A stretch of DNA of 64,000 nucleotides from Oopsacas minuta (GCA_024704765.1 JAKMXF010000055.1:194353-258352); one strand, 5' to 3'. Shown: positions 10,801 through 23,978, counted from the first letter of the stretch. A program made the numbers and translations. The notes: generated from the sequence alone by a model not told the origin.

Positions 10801-12750
10801 ATGGAAGTATTTTATGAAAAAATTGTAAAGTTATAAAAGATGGAACATATCCTGAACCTGACGGAGTTTCCTCTGCAAAAAAAAGATGGAATTTTAGAAG
10901 AAAAGTTTCACGATATTTCTCGGTAAAGATAACAAACTTTACAAGATAAAACCTCAATATTATTTATAATCTACAGTTGTGTTCGCCAAATGGCAAGTGG
11001 TACCTTGCTGAAAATTTGCTGACAAATAGGCGATCACTACTGTATATAAATATTTAAGTTATTGATGCAATATCATATGAACAATTATTTAGAAAGTGGA
11101 CATCAATGGTTCAACAGTTGATTTGGAAGTCCCGTTAGAAACGGAAAATGATCATATAATCAAAAAACATCATGATCAAGTTGGTCACCCTGGAATCAAT
11201 GCCACTGTTGATTCCATACATCAACAATATACATAGAAAGGCTTATATACACATATCATTGATTATGTAAGTACGTAACTTACTTGAGTACAGTTCATTC
11301 TCAATATTTCCGAAATTGAAGGAATAGTATTATTATTACTATGAATATTTTGTTATTATTGAGAGTTGAGAAACTTGTATGCTTCCCTAAAATCCTTTTT
11401 CTTAAATTCAGAGTACATAATTTGATATTCATTGAATATTTAATATACTAGGTGGCTTCCTGTAAGATATGCCAAATGACAGCAACAATTCCAAAATCAA
11501 CCAAGAAACTTCAACCCATTCAACCTCCTTCTAGAACATGGAAACACTTAGGCATGGACTTGATTTGTGACCTCCCTGTGAGTTCCGAAGGATTTAAGCA
11601 TGTTCTTATCAAAGTTTGCTACTTAAGCATGTTCGTAGTTGTAAGACCCCTTAAGAGGAAAACTTCTGAAGAAGTTATTCAAAATCTTCAAGATATCTAT
11701 GCTACAATGGGATTACCGGATATTATTCAACATGACAAAGGCTCGGAGTTTACAATCAGTTTAAGTGATATTAGAACTTAATATATCTGAAATTGCTTAA
11801 TTAATTAATATATTTTCTTTAGATGTTTCAGGAATTCCATTGCAAACTACACATTGACAACCGTAGTACTAGAGCTTATCATCCTATGGCTAACGGTTTG
11901 GTAGAGGCACACAATAAAATCTTGAAAACGTAAGTTATAATTCCGAAGATTAGATCGGCAAGTTACTCAGTGTAATAAAGATATTGAATAACTATTACTT
12001 ATTGATCTTAGGAAGTTAACAAAGATGGAAGTCCAGACAGGCAATCACTGGTCCCAATTACTCAAGCTCGCATGTCTCACTATGAATTCTACAAAGAAGA
12101 AGTCACATGGACAAACTCCTTTTAATGTAAAGTGGGGACGGGAGTGAAAACATGTGGATCTGTTGTCTACATATCCAAACCTGGCTATTGATCCTATAGA
12201 AGACTTTGAACATGAAGACGCTATATTTAGAGAAATTCTATCGCAGCAATCAGAAAATGACTATATAGACGATCAAGATGAATTTTCCCCGCCATGTTCT
12301 GAGCCAGGAGAAGAATTAAGCTGTATCTATGAGACTCGAGACACGCGATTCAAATCAGCTGCAGAGGATATCCATTCTGAACAACTCAGACAAAAACTGC
12401 AATATGATAAAAAAGTCAATACCAAGGGGTGAGCTTTCCTACAATTTCTTGATATTAGTGTTATATCTAACCCATTAAATTTAGGTCTTCAATAAAGATA
12501 GGTGATAGGGTCATTTACACAAACATGAACAAATTTAAACGGTTGCCAAACACGAAAAATAAACCAAAATTTTTGGACCTCAAACAGTCTGTAAAGTCAC
12601 TGAGAATCACATTACTATTTGTGAAAATATCTCAGGAGCTAAGAAAAACAAAAACATACCAATTGACCTCGTTCGTTTGTATGCAGAACGAAAACCAAAA
12701 TCCCTCAGACAAGCTAACCCAATGGGAATTAATCACATTTCTTCCAAGGT
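10801..12750 (+). pseudogene. Intron-containing Ginger1 integrase/transposase pseudogene
   Basis: N-terminal GTYP...FRRK motif. H2C2 finger HHDQVGHPG...DY|VASCKICQ split by intron 11267-11451. DDE core GMDL / QHDKGSEFT / YHPMANGLVEAHN. Intron 11930-12011. TPF..WGRE and a GPY/F-like region. Contains stops and frameshifts. Confidence 0.85.
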
Positions 12751-13866
12751 ATACGAGTTTATTGGATAAATCCTGAAATTATCACAATTACTTACATACT
12801 TTAGATATTGCAACGAAAACTTTATGGATTTCTAGAGAAAGAATACTTCATCACCTCAATAATTTCAAGGTTTGTACATTTGTATTCAGTAGATCCTCAC
12901 TAAATAATTAAAGAGTTCCGAATAGGTTTAGTATGAAATATGAAAAAAATCAAGAGTTTAATCCGGCCTGGCAGATGCGGCCAGGCATTTGTTCTACCAC
13001 TTGTATTGCCTCCACCGGGCTTGTGTTTGAATATATTTTACTCATTTCTAATCTAACTTTAGATAGTTTTGAAATAAAATATTGAGCGACACACCTACTT
13101 AACACTACTGCATGAGGAACTTCATAAAATCTCAACATATTCCACACCTATACCTGCAATACTCTCCTGTTTGAATTCCTACTCGATTGCAAAGAATACG
13201 AAATAGTAAGTTTGATTTCTTGGTATTTGTATAATTACACGAAGTATAGTGTTTTCTCAAATCTATTGTTAGTGAAATACGCATAATAAATGATGCAACA
13301 ATGATGCAACAATGACATATACACATTGTAGTTCTTTCTCTTGAACATTCTGTATATGAATTCATTAGTATTCAGCAACAAGAGAAATTTGATACATGTT
13401 TAGTGAAGAAATATACAAATGATTGTCTTATTCCAATACAGCGATCCCAATACTATTTTTATTTTTTGAATACTTTTAATCATGAAAATATGTATATTAT
13501 TCCCAATAGAGCGGAATCAAAATTAATGATTTTATTGAATTATAGAAGAGAGATATTACTGACACTTTACTCAATTGGACGACAGAGTTATATCCTCATT
13601 TTACAAACACCCAAGCTGACAAATACACACACAAAGTAGTGTTCTTTCTAGTAAGTTGATCCAAATTTGCATTTAGCATAGAGTATATACATCCATATTG
13701 TAATAGTTATAATGATAATCTGTTAGGCAATGGAGTCTTAAATTTGATATTGTTGCAAACATTCCCAGAAAGCATCTCTACCTATATCCCTTTATCTGAT
13801 TCAAGTCCAATCATATCTGTGGTCAATGAAGAATAGCTTCGTGATAAATGCAAGTTTCTGGGACTG

Positions 13867-14346
13867 GTGTTTATATCCACCATCAAGCAACCACAAAACC
13901 TAGCCGGACTGTCACTCAGTAAATATACACCATGGGAAACTGAAAGAATAGTCGGTGATGGGAACTGTCTTTTCCGATGTATTTCTAAAATATTAACTGG
14001 TGACCAGACAAGTCACTTAGAAATTCGCTCTACGATTGCACACTTTATCGCCAGTGAGGGAGTAACTAGAATTGGTTGGTATTTTAAACAGAAATTAACT
14101 AATCCTTGTAAGTACTTCATGAATGAACATCTTGTGTCTCAAGAAGGAACTTGGAGTAGCGATGTGGAAATGATAGCATTGTCTAATATTCTTGACGTCG
14201 ATGTGTATGTTGCAAACAACTACTATGGAAATCAAGGCAACTTAACTCGAGAAGTTCGCTGGAGCTTGCTCAGAGGCTCTAAGAAACCAACAACCGCACT
14301 TTACATTTGTAATTATTGTAATCATTATGAGCGGTCACTTCTATGA
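13867..14346 (+). pseudogene. OTU-like cysteine protease exon of the Ginger1 element
   Basis: IVGDGNCLFRCIS (catalytic Cys), WSSDVEMIALS and NHYE (catalytic His). Lies inside the Ginger1 TIRs. Confidence 0.8.
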
Positions 14347-15855
14347 TTGAGAGTTCCACACCTACTTATGGCGAAACTTCAGAAGAATCAACAAATATAC
14401 AAGAATGAAGAAAATACAATTAGTCATTATTTTGTGCTAGTATCAAGTTTTTATGTGTTAGTAGAGTAATATCATAAATTGCAAGATTATATTCTAACCA
14501 TGTAATAACAAGTTAAATTTTGTTCATTACAGTATAACTTTCACTAATGTGAACGTCAGAAACCATCAAAATTCGTTTATCTTATCCAAAGTTTGTATTA
14601 ACCATAGTGAAATCAGTTGGAAAGTATTGAAAGACCAAATTTTGGAAAATTACTTGCTTGCTTAGCCAGGAGATTCGTATTGACTGCGTTTGTAATAATA
14701 ATTAATGAGGTTTCGCTGTACACGTATCTGTTGTCAAAAACAGGTATATTTTCAAGTCATGATTGAAATACGTAATTACCATTAATGAAAGAAAACCGCA
14801 TGATGACAACTACATATTCTGTATATAGTTTCTCCCTCTGTTACCGTGCCTCAATATTCGACAGTAGATATTCATCCATGGTCTATGTATACAGTGCCTC
14901 AATATTCTACGTGCCTCACTAATCTATGCAACAGGGCTCCAATCTGAAGGCAAGCCTCACTACCTCCCAGATTTTGGGTTGTGTCTTTGGAAGCGATATC
15001 TAATTGTTATTTGGTGAGAAGGATTTTGATCGAATTAGCTAATGGTAGCTCATTAAATTTGAGTATTGGTGGATTATATTCACTATTCTTTCCGTTGTTC
15101 AGGATTTTTTCCTTGGATTCACGTCAATATAAGTATATATAACTTCAAAACACACAGACAAACATCTAAGAGGTAGTGAGATATTCCAGCAACATCCAAG
15201 AGCATAATTAACACCAAAAATCCAAGGTCAATTTCTTAGCATAGAACCGAGGATCCCCATAACACTAGCGTTTTGGGGATGGGGATCCCTAAAACGCTAG
15301 CGATTTAGAGACGAGGATCTCCAAATCGCGCTTACACATGTATAAGCGCATTTTAAGGACCCTTGGGCACCAAAATACTAGCGATGTAGGGACGGGAATT
15401 CCTAAATCGCTAGCGTTTTATGTGTGGTGGCCTTAGCTTAAATCGCCAGTTTTGGTGACTCTAGTGATTTGGGGTTCCAGTTTTATACATTTCACAAAAA
15501 TAAAAATAATCCCTTTCAAAGAAAATATGCCAACCAGTCTGAAAATGATCTATCATATTCTATTATGTGTAATCCACCTAATGAGAATTGATTGAAACTT
15601 CTCAAACAAAGATATTTAATTGAGGGTCCAATTTCAAAAATGTCGCCCAAATTTTTGACAGATTTTTCAAATTTTATTTTCTTGAAACTATCATGTGGAA
15701 TGCGTTGTAACTTTTAGGTTGCAGTGTGCAAAGTTTCAAACAAATCGAAGATGGTTAGTAAAATTCATCCATTGTCACTACAACACAGTTGGCAAATACA
15801 GGCAGTTTGGGGAATTAGGCATGTAGGTAGCACCATTTGTTTGAAATCATGTATA

Positions 15856-17118
15856 CAGGGTGACAATTAACTTCTGATACACGGATATACCCTGGTTTTT
15901 CCTAAACTAGTTATTCTTTCAATCTTAAAGCATATTATAATAAATCTTCCTATCCAAATCTATTCGATATAACCGCCTTTTGCCTTTACTACAGCTTTAA
16001 GTCGTCCTTGAAACCGTTGGACAGATTTACGGAGTTCTTGCGGAATTATCTCTCATTCGGTAATCAAAGCCTTCCGCAGAGATTCCAAATTTCTATGTGG
16101 AGTAGCGCAGGCTCTGTTCTGTAAAGTCCCCAGACGGGATAGTCAAGTCGATTCAAATCCGGACTTGAAGGAGGCCATTCTTCCTTGGACAAAAAGTCAA
16201 TATTTTCCCCTTTTTAAAATCTAGGATTGAGTTGCTTTCGAGGCATCCGCTGGCGCAGAGTCCTGATGGAATATCCAGGGTGTGTTTTTGAACAAGGATG
16301 AACCAGCAGATTTGATTATATGCTTAAGAGTCAACTCTCTATATGTTTGCAAGTTAATTATGTCCGAGAATCTGCGGACACTCCAGCCCAGACCATCACA
16401 GAAAGCGGTTTTTGCAAACGATCGATGAATTTAATTCTCTCAGGGATGTCTTTGCATGACGACACAATAATTCTATCATTTTGACGGTTAGTTGCTTCTT
16501 CTACCGTGAAAATCCTTTCGTCCGAAAGCAATATCTCTTCATAATCTTCATTTACGAGGTGCCGCAGAAGCCTTTTGCACCTTTCAACTCTTTTTACCCG
16601 AAGAGTGGGAGTGAGATGATGAACTGTTTGCTGTTTGAGTGATTTAAGTCCCAGGTCCTCATGTATCACCTTTCGCAATGTTTCGCGATTACAGAGTACT
16701 CCTTTGCCATCTTCCGGATTGACCGCCTGGGATTTCGGCGGATTTTACTGCGGAGTTTTTCCCTTAGTGCTCTCGTACGAACTGTAGTCGCTCGGCCTGA
16801 ACGAGGCTTGTCCTTCACACTTTTGGTACCGTTATATCGTTTAATAGTACGATAACTGGATAATCTGTTGATCTTTCCACTTTTTCAAAATCTCGCTCTG
16901 TGAGCTCCCGGTCATAAATAATGAGATAATTTTTGACCTCTTCACTTCCATGTTGAAATTTCTGATTTTATACGTATTTAGATTTAGATTTAGATTACTG
17001 TTTGAGCATAACAGGAAGACATATATGTTAGAATATAAATGATAGAAATGGTAATATAATAAATTTGGAACGTATCAGAACTATTGGAACTATGTATCAG
17101 AACTTAATTGTCACCCTG
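15856..17118 (-). mobile_element. Tc1/mariner-superfamily element, maT (DD37D)-like, inactive
   Basis: TIRs CAGGGTGACAATTAA(C/G)TTCTGATAC with TA flanks. Disrupted transposase 15960-16951: RSGR HTH linker, LSDERIFTVE, NRQNDRI, VMVWAGV, FHQDSAP, WPPSSPDLNRLDY. A frameshift prevents an exact D-D count. Confidence 0.88.
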
Positions 17119-18733
17119 TATATATAGTAAATGGATGCAAAGATATCGATTGGAAAAGCCAAAATTTATGCAAGATTATACCTTCATACAGTTTAGCGCG
17201 ATTTCATAAAAATGTACAACATTTGACGTTTATAGTTCGATAAATATCTGAATTTTGTAAACTCATGTTATAAAAATGAATTAATAATGTGTGAAATTCA
17301 GATAAATCTGAGTTTCCACTGATATATCTTCACGCCATTGTATTATGAGAACATCATAACGATGTTAGATTAGAATATGTAATGGTAAGGTAAATTAGCT
17401 GTTAGAAAATCAGAAGAATAGTTCAATGGAATGCGGATACAATTCTTTTTCTTAATTTGTAAACATACTCATATACTTTCCAGGTTAATCACACGGACAC
17501 TATGTTGAATTGCCAGCTTGGTAAAAATTTGTAAATGAATAGAACAATTCTATACTTATTCTAACACAATTGGCTCCAAAATTATACTAATTTGACCAAT
17601 AAATAACAATCTATATCCAATTTTATCCTATAGTATAAAATGTAAGGCACACTAAGGTGAAAATATCGTAGTTTCTCGATATAATTACGTATATATGAAA
17701 TGAACTTAATTTCCAGGAAAGTTGTCTAAATCTGATAAGGTTACTAATGTTTGATAGGAGACAATTTCTAATGTTTCAGGAATACGACCATCCCGAAATT
17801 ACGACTATATTCTTTGGTCCCATGGGTGGTCGTAATACTGACAAGGGGGGAACGTGTTAAGTGGTGGTCAGGCCATTGGCTTGATCTATTGTAAAGTGGT
17901 CAGGCCCGGACCAACAATTAAATAGGCCAATTCCAAAAGTAGTCAGTCCATGGCCTGACTGGCCTAACCGTTTGCGCCGCCCCTTTAAGAAGTTCCACTG
18001 TATTAAATTCGAGTGCAGTATATGTATACCCGCTTGCGGAATGTGTAAATCCGCATGCGGGATAAGAACTAACTTTGGGAGAGGATCAAATTCGAATTTT
18101 TGATGTTGTGGAATGAATATTTGCACTAGTTACAACACATTTCAATTGGGAGGGAAACGGTGTCTTTATTTACCAATTTTTTGATGTTTGAATAGGTTAC
18201 ATTTGCACAAGTTCCTCTTGCGGAATTAGATATTTATTCTGCCCATAACTCTGTGGAGGGTAAAAGCTCAACTCGCGTAAATCCCCCACATAAGATCCCA
18301 GATTATGGACGTCGCCAGGGGGGGGTCATAGGGGCAATGCTCCCCCCAGATAAACTATACACCAGACACCTTGGCCTAATTTCATGAAGCTACATTGAAT
18401 TGTTACCTGCTCCATAATAAATTATATACACACTAAGATGCGTAATTAGGAAAGAGTGACTTATTTGTGTTTCTTTGACGTAATCAAATATTCATTTATT
18501 GATTATAGTATTCGTACTTGCTAACACTCTCAGGAAATCCCCGGGATTTGGCAAATTAAATTACTAAATATATTATGAGGGTTTGTTAAGAATGAGTATT
18601 CCACATGTTTACTACAATTAGGTTTTGAGCAAAGGTGATTACTGGTCTGGTTTAATTAAAACATTTTTGATTTCATAATCCAATTTCTCTGAACATTTCA
18701 AAATATTATCTTCAATTCAACTTTACTTTTTAG

Positions 18734-21472
18734 ATGTCAGATAAAAGTCTTTCAGAATTTTATCAAATAAAGGCTGAAGGAAATGAACTTTTCAAATTAC
18801 ATAGCTATTCATCTGCAATCTCGTTATATTCCTCTGCCATTTGTCTCTTAACGAAAATAGGAGACCAACATAAAGAACTGAGTGTTATATATTGTAACAG
18901 AGCTCTGTGTCAATTACGACTTCATAGGTATGAACAATGTGTCGAAGATTCTACTTCTTCACTGAAGTTAAATCCGTCTGATATAAAAGCCCTCTACAGA
19001 CGAGCTGTAGCCTTACAGCACTTAAGTTTATTCAATCAAGCAATTGATGACGTAAGAAGAATATTGAAAATAGAGCCTCAAAATCCTGATGCCTTATCAC
19101 TTGGAGAGAGCCTTAACCTCGAGTCAACTAAACAATTTAGAGAAATAGGCACAACCCATGGTCAAATGACTAAGGTATTCTCAGTGCTAAATGACAATTC
19201 AGCTAAAAGAGAAGATAAAGTGAATGCGTCAAAGAATTTAGTTATTTTGATAAAAGAGGGTACTGGTTGGCAACAACTATTGAGTAGTGGGAAACTTGGG
19301 GATCTAATTACTCTCCTTCCTTCGTTGTACGAATCTATCCAGAAGCACATTTTACACGCCCTAGCCTGTCTCTCTCAACAATCAGATGCCGCCGCTTACA
19401 CTGTAATACATGAAATTGGTTATTCACTGTTAGGTTCTTTCCTTCATGGACAAGACATAGAGCTGCAAAGAGCTTCTGCATCAATTATTTACTATTCTTT
19501 GATACAACTTTTGTCGATTGAGGAGGACAGAGTTATATGTAAAGAACACCTCCAGAGAGCAGAAGAATTGACCAAACAGGTTATGGAATGGATATCTAGC
19601 TCAAAGGTTGGATCTAACGGCAGGGAAGTTCTATTGGAGAGTTTGCTGCCAACTGTTTCATGCTCTGATATGCAATATTTCCTGATGAAGAATGAACTAG
19701 TAAAGAACCTTTTATCCGTTTCAGTATTATCATGCTCTTCTCCTGAATTATGGACGGCCAAGAATAATGGATCTATCGTAACTCTTTTACACAATTTTCT
19801 TAAGTCAGTAAGAGGGGATAAACACCGATTGAAATCTTTCAAAGATGCATGTTTTTGTTTTGTGATGCATCGTATGAAGGAACAGGACCCAAAATCATGT
19901 TTGGAGGGATTAACCGTCTTATCTAATATTGCTCAGGCGTCACCTGAACTAGGGAGTGAAATACTTGGAAACGAAAAGATACTCTCTGTCGCTCTTCTCT
20001 CATCTAAGTCAGCTGATGAGACAGTACAAATGATCGTAGCTGAGAATATTGCACTAGCTGCCTCAGACAAAGACCGGTATCATCCTCTCATTGACTCTAT
20101 GTCTGCATTAAAGTCATTATACATGTGTAAAAACCCTGAAATCCGGGTTCGAGCTATGGTTGCTATTTGCAAACTCTCCGCGCTAAACAAAAATGAGTCC
20201 GAACCCGATTCGTCGCTGGATACTTATGTACAAGATTGCCGTGAGTTTTTGATAGGACAGAACACGGGAGGAATAAAGCGATGGGCTGTAGAGGGTCTTG
20301 CCTTTTTGTCAATTTCTGCACCAGTTAAAGAGTTTATTTGCAAAGATGAGAAGTTGCTTCACTCTGTTTTCGATTTGATGGCTAAGAGTGCCGATACAGC
20401 TGTTCACTATGGAGCTGCTACTTTATTGGTCAACCTCACTAACAGTTATGAACAACCCGAAAGGCAGCCAGAACTGGAGCAATTAGCACGCTTCTCTGGT
20501 GAGAATGTTCCCACTCCCCATGAGTTCGATGGAAGTGATTATTTAATAGCTCGAATATCTCTTCTCCTCAAACTAAATATTGTGCCTGTACTCAATCTTC
20601 TTAGCTGTTCACATAGTCTTGCCACATCTGAACAAACTTCACGGATTTTTCTCGCACTTGTGGAGTCTGAGAGTAACAGAGGTTGTATCGTGCAACAGGG
20701 AGGAGGAAAATCCCTAATCTCACTTGCTAAATCTAATTCAGATATTGGTCGGCACAAAGCAGCACAAGCTATTGCTAAGATATCAATTACAACTAATCCA
20801 CAACTCGCATTTCCTGGGGAACGTGTCCTGGAAACAATTTCTCCTCTCGTCATGCTTCTTAAGTCTGATAGACAACTACAGCAATTTGAAGCGTTAATGG
20901 CTCTTACAAACATCTCCAGTCTGGGACAGAAATTTTGTAAAAAGATTGTTCTTGAAAAGGGTGTACATTGGATTGAGAGTTTACAGTTTGAGGAACATGA
21001 AATGTTGCGTCGAGCAGCTACTGAATGCATGTGTAATCTAGTAGTGTGCGATGAAGTAAAAGAATTATATAAACAAGATGGCAATGACAGAATAAAATTA
21101 CTAACTCTATTCTCAGGGGAGGAGGATCGGCATCTTAGGATAGCAGCTTCAGGTGCATTATGTATCCTCTCTGAGGATGAAAAGATTTGTAAACGTATTT
21201 TGGACGTGAAACAATACTTCGAAATAACAGAAGAACTTTTAGGGTCTGGAGATGATGAGCTGCAATTTAGAGCAGTATACATCCTGACTAATATAGTACT
21301 TTGTGGGAGTAGTAGCGCAGAAGTGGTTTTAGGATATGCAAGAGGCTTAGAGTTGTTTGAGTTGTGTACTACTGAGAACTTTAGTGAAAGAGTTAGAGGT
21401 ATTGCTAAAGCTGGCATAGAACAGCTGATTAGTTATGGGCTAGTGAAAGGAAACATTACAATACCAGACTGA
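18734..21472 (+). CDS. UNC45: UNC-45 myosin chaperone (TPR-central-UCS), intronless CDS, 912 aa
   Basis: N-terminal TPRs (KAEGNELFK, YCNRALCQLRL, KALYRRAVA). UCS motifs WAVEGLAFLS, KAAQAIAKISITTNPQLAFPGER, LQQFEALMALTNIS, EEHEMLRRAATECMCNLV. Confidence 0.95.
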   Translation: MSDKSLSEFYQIKAEGNELFKLHSYSSAISLYSSAICLLTKIGDQHKELSVIYCNRALCQLRLHRYEQCVEDSTSSLKLNPSDIKALYRRAVALQHLSLFNQAIDDVRRILKIEPQNPDALSLGESLNLESTKQFREIGTTHGQMTKVFSVLNDNSAKREDKVNASKNLVILIKEGTGWQQLLSSGKLGDLITLLPSLYESIQKHILHALACLSQQSDAAAYTVIHEIGYSLLGSFLHGQDIELQRASASIIYYSLIQLLSIEEDRVICKEHLQRAEELTKQVMEWISSSKVGSNGREVLLESLLPTVSCSDMQYFLMKNELVKNLLSVSVLSCSSPELWTAKNNGSIVTLLHNFLKSVRGDKHRLKSFKDACFCFVMHRMKEQDPKSCLEGLTVLSNIAQASPELGSEILGNEKILSVALLSSKSADETVQMIVAENIALAASDKDRYHPLIDSMSALKSLYMCKNPEIRVRAMVAICKLSALNKNESEPDSSLDTYVQDCREFLIGQNTGGIKRWAVEGLAFLSISAPVKEFICKDEKLLHSVFDLMAKSADTAVHYGAATLLVNLTNSYEQPERQPELEQLARFSGENVPTPHEFDGSDYLIARISLLLKLNIVPVLNLLSCSHSLATSEQTSRIFLALVESESNRGCIVQQGGGKSLISLAKSNSDIGRHKAAQAIAKISITTNPQLAFPGERVLETISPLVMLLKSDRQLQQFEALMALTNISSLGQKFCKKIVLEKGVHWIESLQFEEHEMLRRAATECMCNLVVCDEVKELYKQDGNDRIKLLTLFSGEEDRHLRIAASGALCILSEDEKICKRILDVKQYFEITEELLGSGDDELQFRAVYILTNIVLCGSSSAEVVLGYARGLELFELCTTENFSERVRGIAKAGIEQLISYGLVKGNITIPD

Positions 21473-21561
21473 TCCGTTACAATTGTAATTCTCCAGTCAA
21501 AATATTAATGCAATATTATTCTTAGTTTGGTATATATGTTAAGTATTCAGCTATAAATACA

Positions 21562-21710
21562 CAGGGCTCTCAACTCCCAAGATCTCGTCGTGAGTTTCAC
21601 GATTTCGGGTCTTTTCATAGATTACTACTACTAAATTGCTCATCTCACGATAGAATCGTGAAATTTTTGACGAATCTCACGTTTTCAAGGTTTCCAGGTT
21701 AAGAGCCCTG
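21562..21710. mobile_element. Short hAT-like MITE
   Basis: CAGGGCTCT...AGAGCCCTG termini; no clean TSD. Confidence 0.4.
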
Positions 21711-22504
21711 CATACACCACGCATATATCCCAATCTTTCTTGATTGAGTTATGATGAAAGCTAAATAAAATATCACAAAAGAACATTATTCGAAGCATCA
21801 TAATAAGTTCGGATAACAACGGGCGTTTCAGGTAAACTGCTGATCGGCCTAAGGCATCCCAGTCAAAATTTCCCTGTGAGAGGACACCGTGCGTCACAAA
21901 TTGTGACATGGCCTTCAACAATCGATCTCCCTCATAATTCACAAATATGGCAAAAATCTTGTAAACATATTCTTTCAGTTTTCGCATACCATTAGCTATG
22001 GTATGCGAAAACTATAAGCGCTGAACCATTTTTGCTATATTCAGCTTGCACTATTTCAGTGGTTCTAAACCAGATTGCCTCAGAACGTTGTTAAGTGTAC
22101 CACCAATTTTCAATGACATATCTGTAATTGGTTAAAATACTTACAAGCAGGGGTGTAGTGTAGGTCTCCTACAAATTTCAAAGAAATCCCGCATTTAACA
22201 TTTTGAAAGATAGCATTGCTTCTATAAGTGGTCCGGCTAGAGATAGAAACAAATCTTGTTGAACTGTTCATTAAATATATAATTAATTAATACTATTGAG
22301 AATAATGTTTAATGGAAAGTGATCTCATAGTATAAGTACTAGGTTACATGTCCTGTCTTAATAACGTAACAAAAACAGTGATGCAAAGTCATAATTAACC
22401 AAAACACGAAAAGGCATGGTCCAGCCAAAGCCAGAACTGCTCCTACGCCTATGTGACTATCTTTTATTATTATCTATACTATTAAAACGCAATTATTCTA
22501 TATA

Positions 22505-22686
22505 CAGTAGAACCTCGTTAATACGTACACCAAGGGACCGTCGAGATTTGTACTCCTTATCCGGGGTACGTATTAACCGGAGTAAAAACAATTGAATTTC
22601 CATTTTACGGACTAAAATTATGTAAAATAATGTTCGTATTATCCGGAAATTCGTATTAAATGTGTTCGTATTAACGAGGTTTCATG
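22505..22686. mobile_element. pogo/Tigger-like MITE
   Basis: TA|CAGTAGAACCTCGTTAATACG...CGTATTAACGAGGTTTCATG|TA. Related ends at about 23797-23978, 32765, 35385-35648, 35835, 46195, 58030, 58540. Confidence 0.75.
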
Positions 22687-23796
22687 TATACGTATGTGCA
22701 AATATAGATATATATGTTAGTATGTTCGGAATTGATTGAAGAAACTGGAAAACCTCCAGGGCTGATTATTGGCATACAGGAGTATTTTGGGCCTGGCTCG
22801 GACATGTTCGAGTCTTGAAAATTTTACATGTAAATATATGTGAAATGTGCTATTCAGCTAGTAGAGCGGCCAATCAAACCGTAATCTTGAGGGATTAATG
22901 AAAGAATACAATAGCCAACGCCGAACGTGAAATATAGGTAATATACTATTTGCTATTTTCATAATGGGCAACTAACTTCATAAAGTAGAATTAACGGTTG
23001 GCTTATGTAATCATAATTCTGAGTCGTTTTATTGTTTGATATGAATATACGATTGGTAAATCAATAAATAATCAAGGCATTGGGTACTCCAATGTGTGCT
23101 ATACGTGGACACTGTGCCCGCGAGTCACTCAGCACAAGCAAGAGAGCTTTCTTTTTATAATAATTCCACTTCTGCATAATATTGCGAAAGAATATCGCTA
23201 CTCAAGAAATGAATGGAATTTAATACACGGTCGCTCGTGATGAGCGGAAGTATCCTTGAGCTTTGTCCCTTGTTTTAGCATAAGTATGAAACAGCTACGT
23301 TTTGTCAGCGTTTTTGTGTGGACCAGGGATGTACGACGCGACCGAAGTGAAATTTAACGAATATTTCGCCTGCTTGTTATAATCATCATAACTCGATATA
23401 CTACAGTATTCTAGGTTATATATTTGTCCTCTACAGACATTTGTCTTATCTCATACATTTTCCCCATTGAAGTACGTATAATAGAAGTAAACATAGGTGT
23501 TAATTTCACAATATGATCAACAAACGATACATAACTCAACAGATATTAACAGTAAATACATAAATCAATCCACGGAGGTAGAAAGGTGTTTATCTAAATA
23601 CAGGAGAGGACCAACTTTGAGATGCAAGCTCCTTTATGTATTGAATGTTTCTTTCAAAAAAGACCGGCTGAGAGAATCCTTGCCCATGAAAGTACCAATC
23701 CAGGCATCTTAGGTAAAAGATTTACATCATATTCCTCGCCTAAATAACATATGACAAAATAAATACGATACGTACTTCGTGTGTTAAGTATAAATA

Positions 23797-23978
23797 TAGG
23801 GGAACCTCGTTAATAAAACAAGGGTAATACTTTTACCGAATGAAACAAACAATTAATCAAACAAAATCAAGTACCTATAATGGTTATCCAATTTGTATTA
23901 CAGTTAATACGAACTCTGGATAAAGCAAAGAATTTTACCGCCCGTTTGTGTTCCTATTATATTAACGAGGCTACACCG
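23797..23978. mobile_element. pogo-like MITE (diverged)
   Basis: GAACCTCGTTAATA...TATTAACGAGGCTACACCG|TA, similar to 22505-22686. Confidence 0.55.

Larger units (their letters stand above)
10559..14933 (+). mobile_element. Ginger1 DNA transposon (Gypsy-like integrase plus OTU domain), decayed
   Basis: About 140-bp TIRs (10559-10699 / 14793-14933; right end ...GCAACA, left end CGTTGC from TGTTGC). Perfect 4-bp TSD GGGC (10555-10558 / 14934-14937). Internal integrase and OTU coding remnants. Confidence 0.88.
10453..15338. repeat. Host TIR-like repeat (about 500 bp when rejoined) interrupted by the Ginger1 insertion
   Basis: 10453-10540 (TGTGTAA...CTAAATCGCTAGCGTTTT) is an imperfect reverse complement of 15255-15338 (...AAAACGCTAGCGATTTAG...TTACACA). 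No TSD seen. Confidence 0.5.

Noticed and set aside
13867-14346. OTU ORF as an independent host deubiquitinase gene
   Set aside because: It lies within the Ginger1 TIRs/TSD and has no true ATG start (GTG in the ORF track).
20539-21417. 292-aa antisense ORF (also 19162-19350 and 19492-19842)
   Set aside because: Shadow frames of UNC-45 with Ser-rich, non-domain composition.
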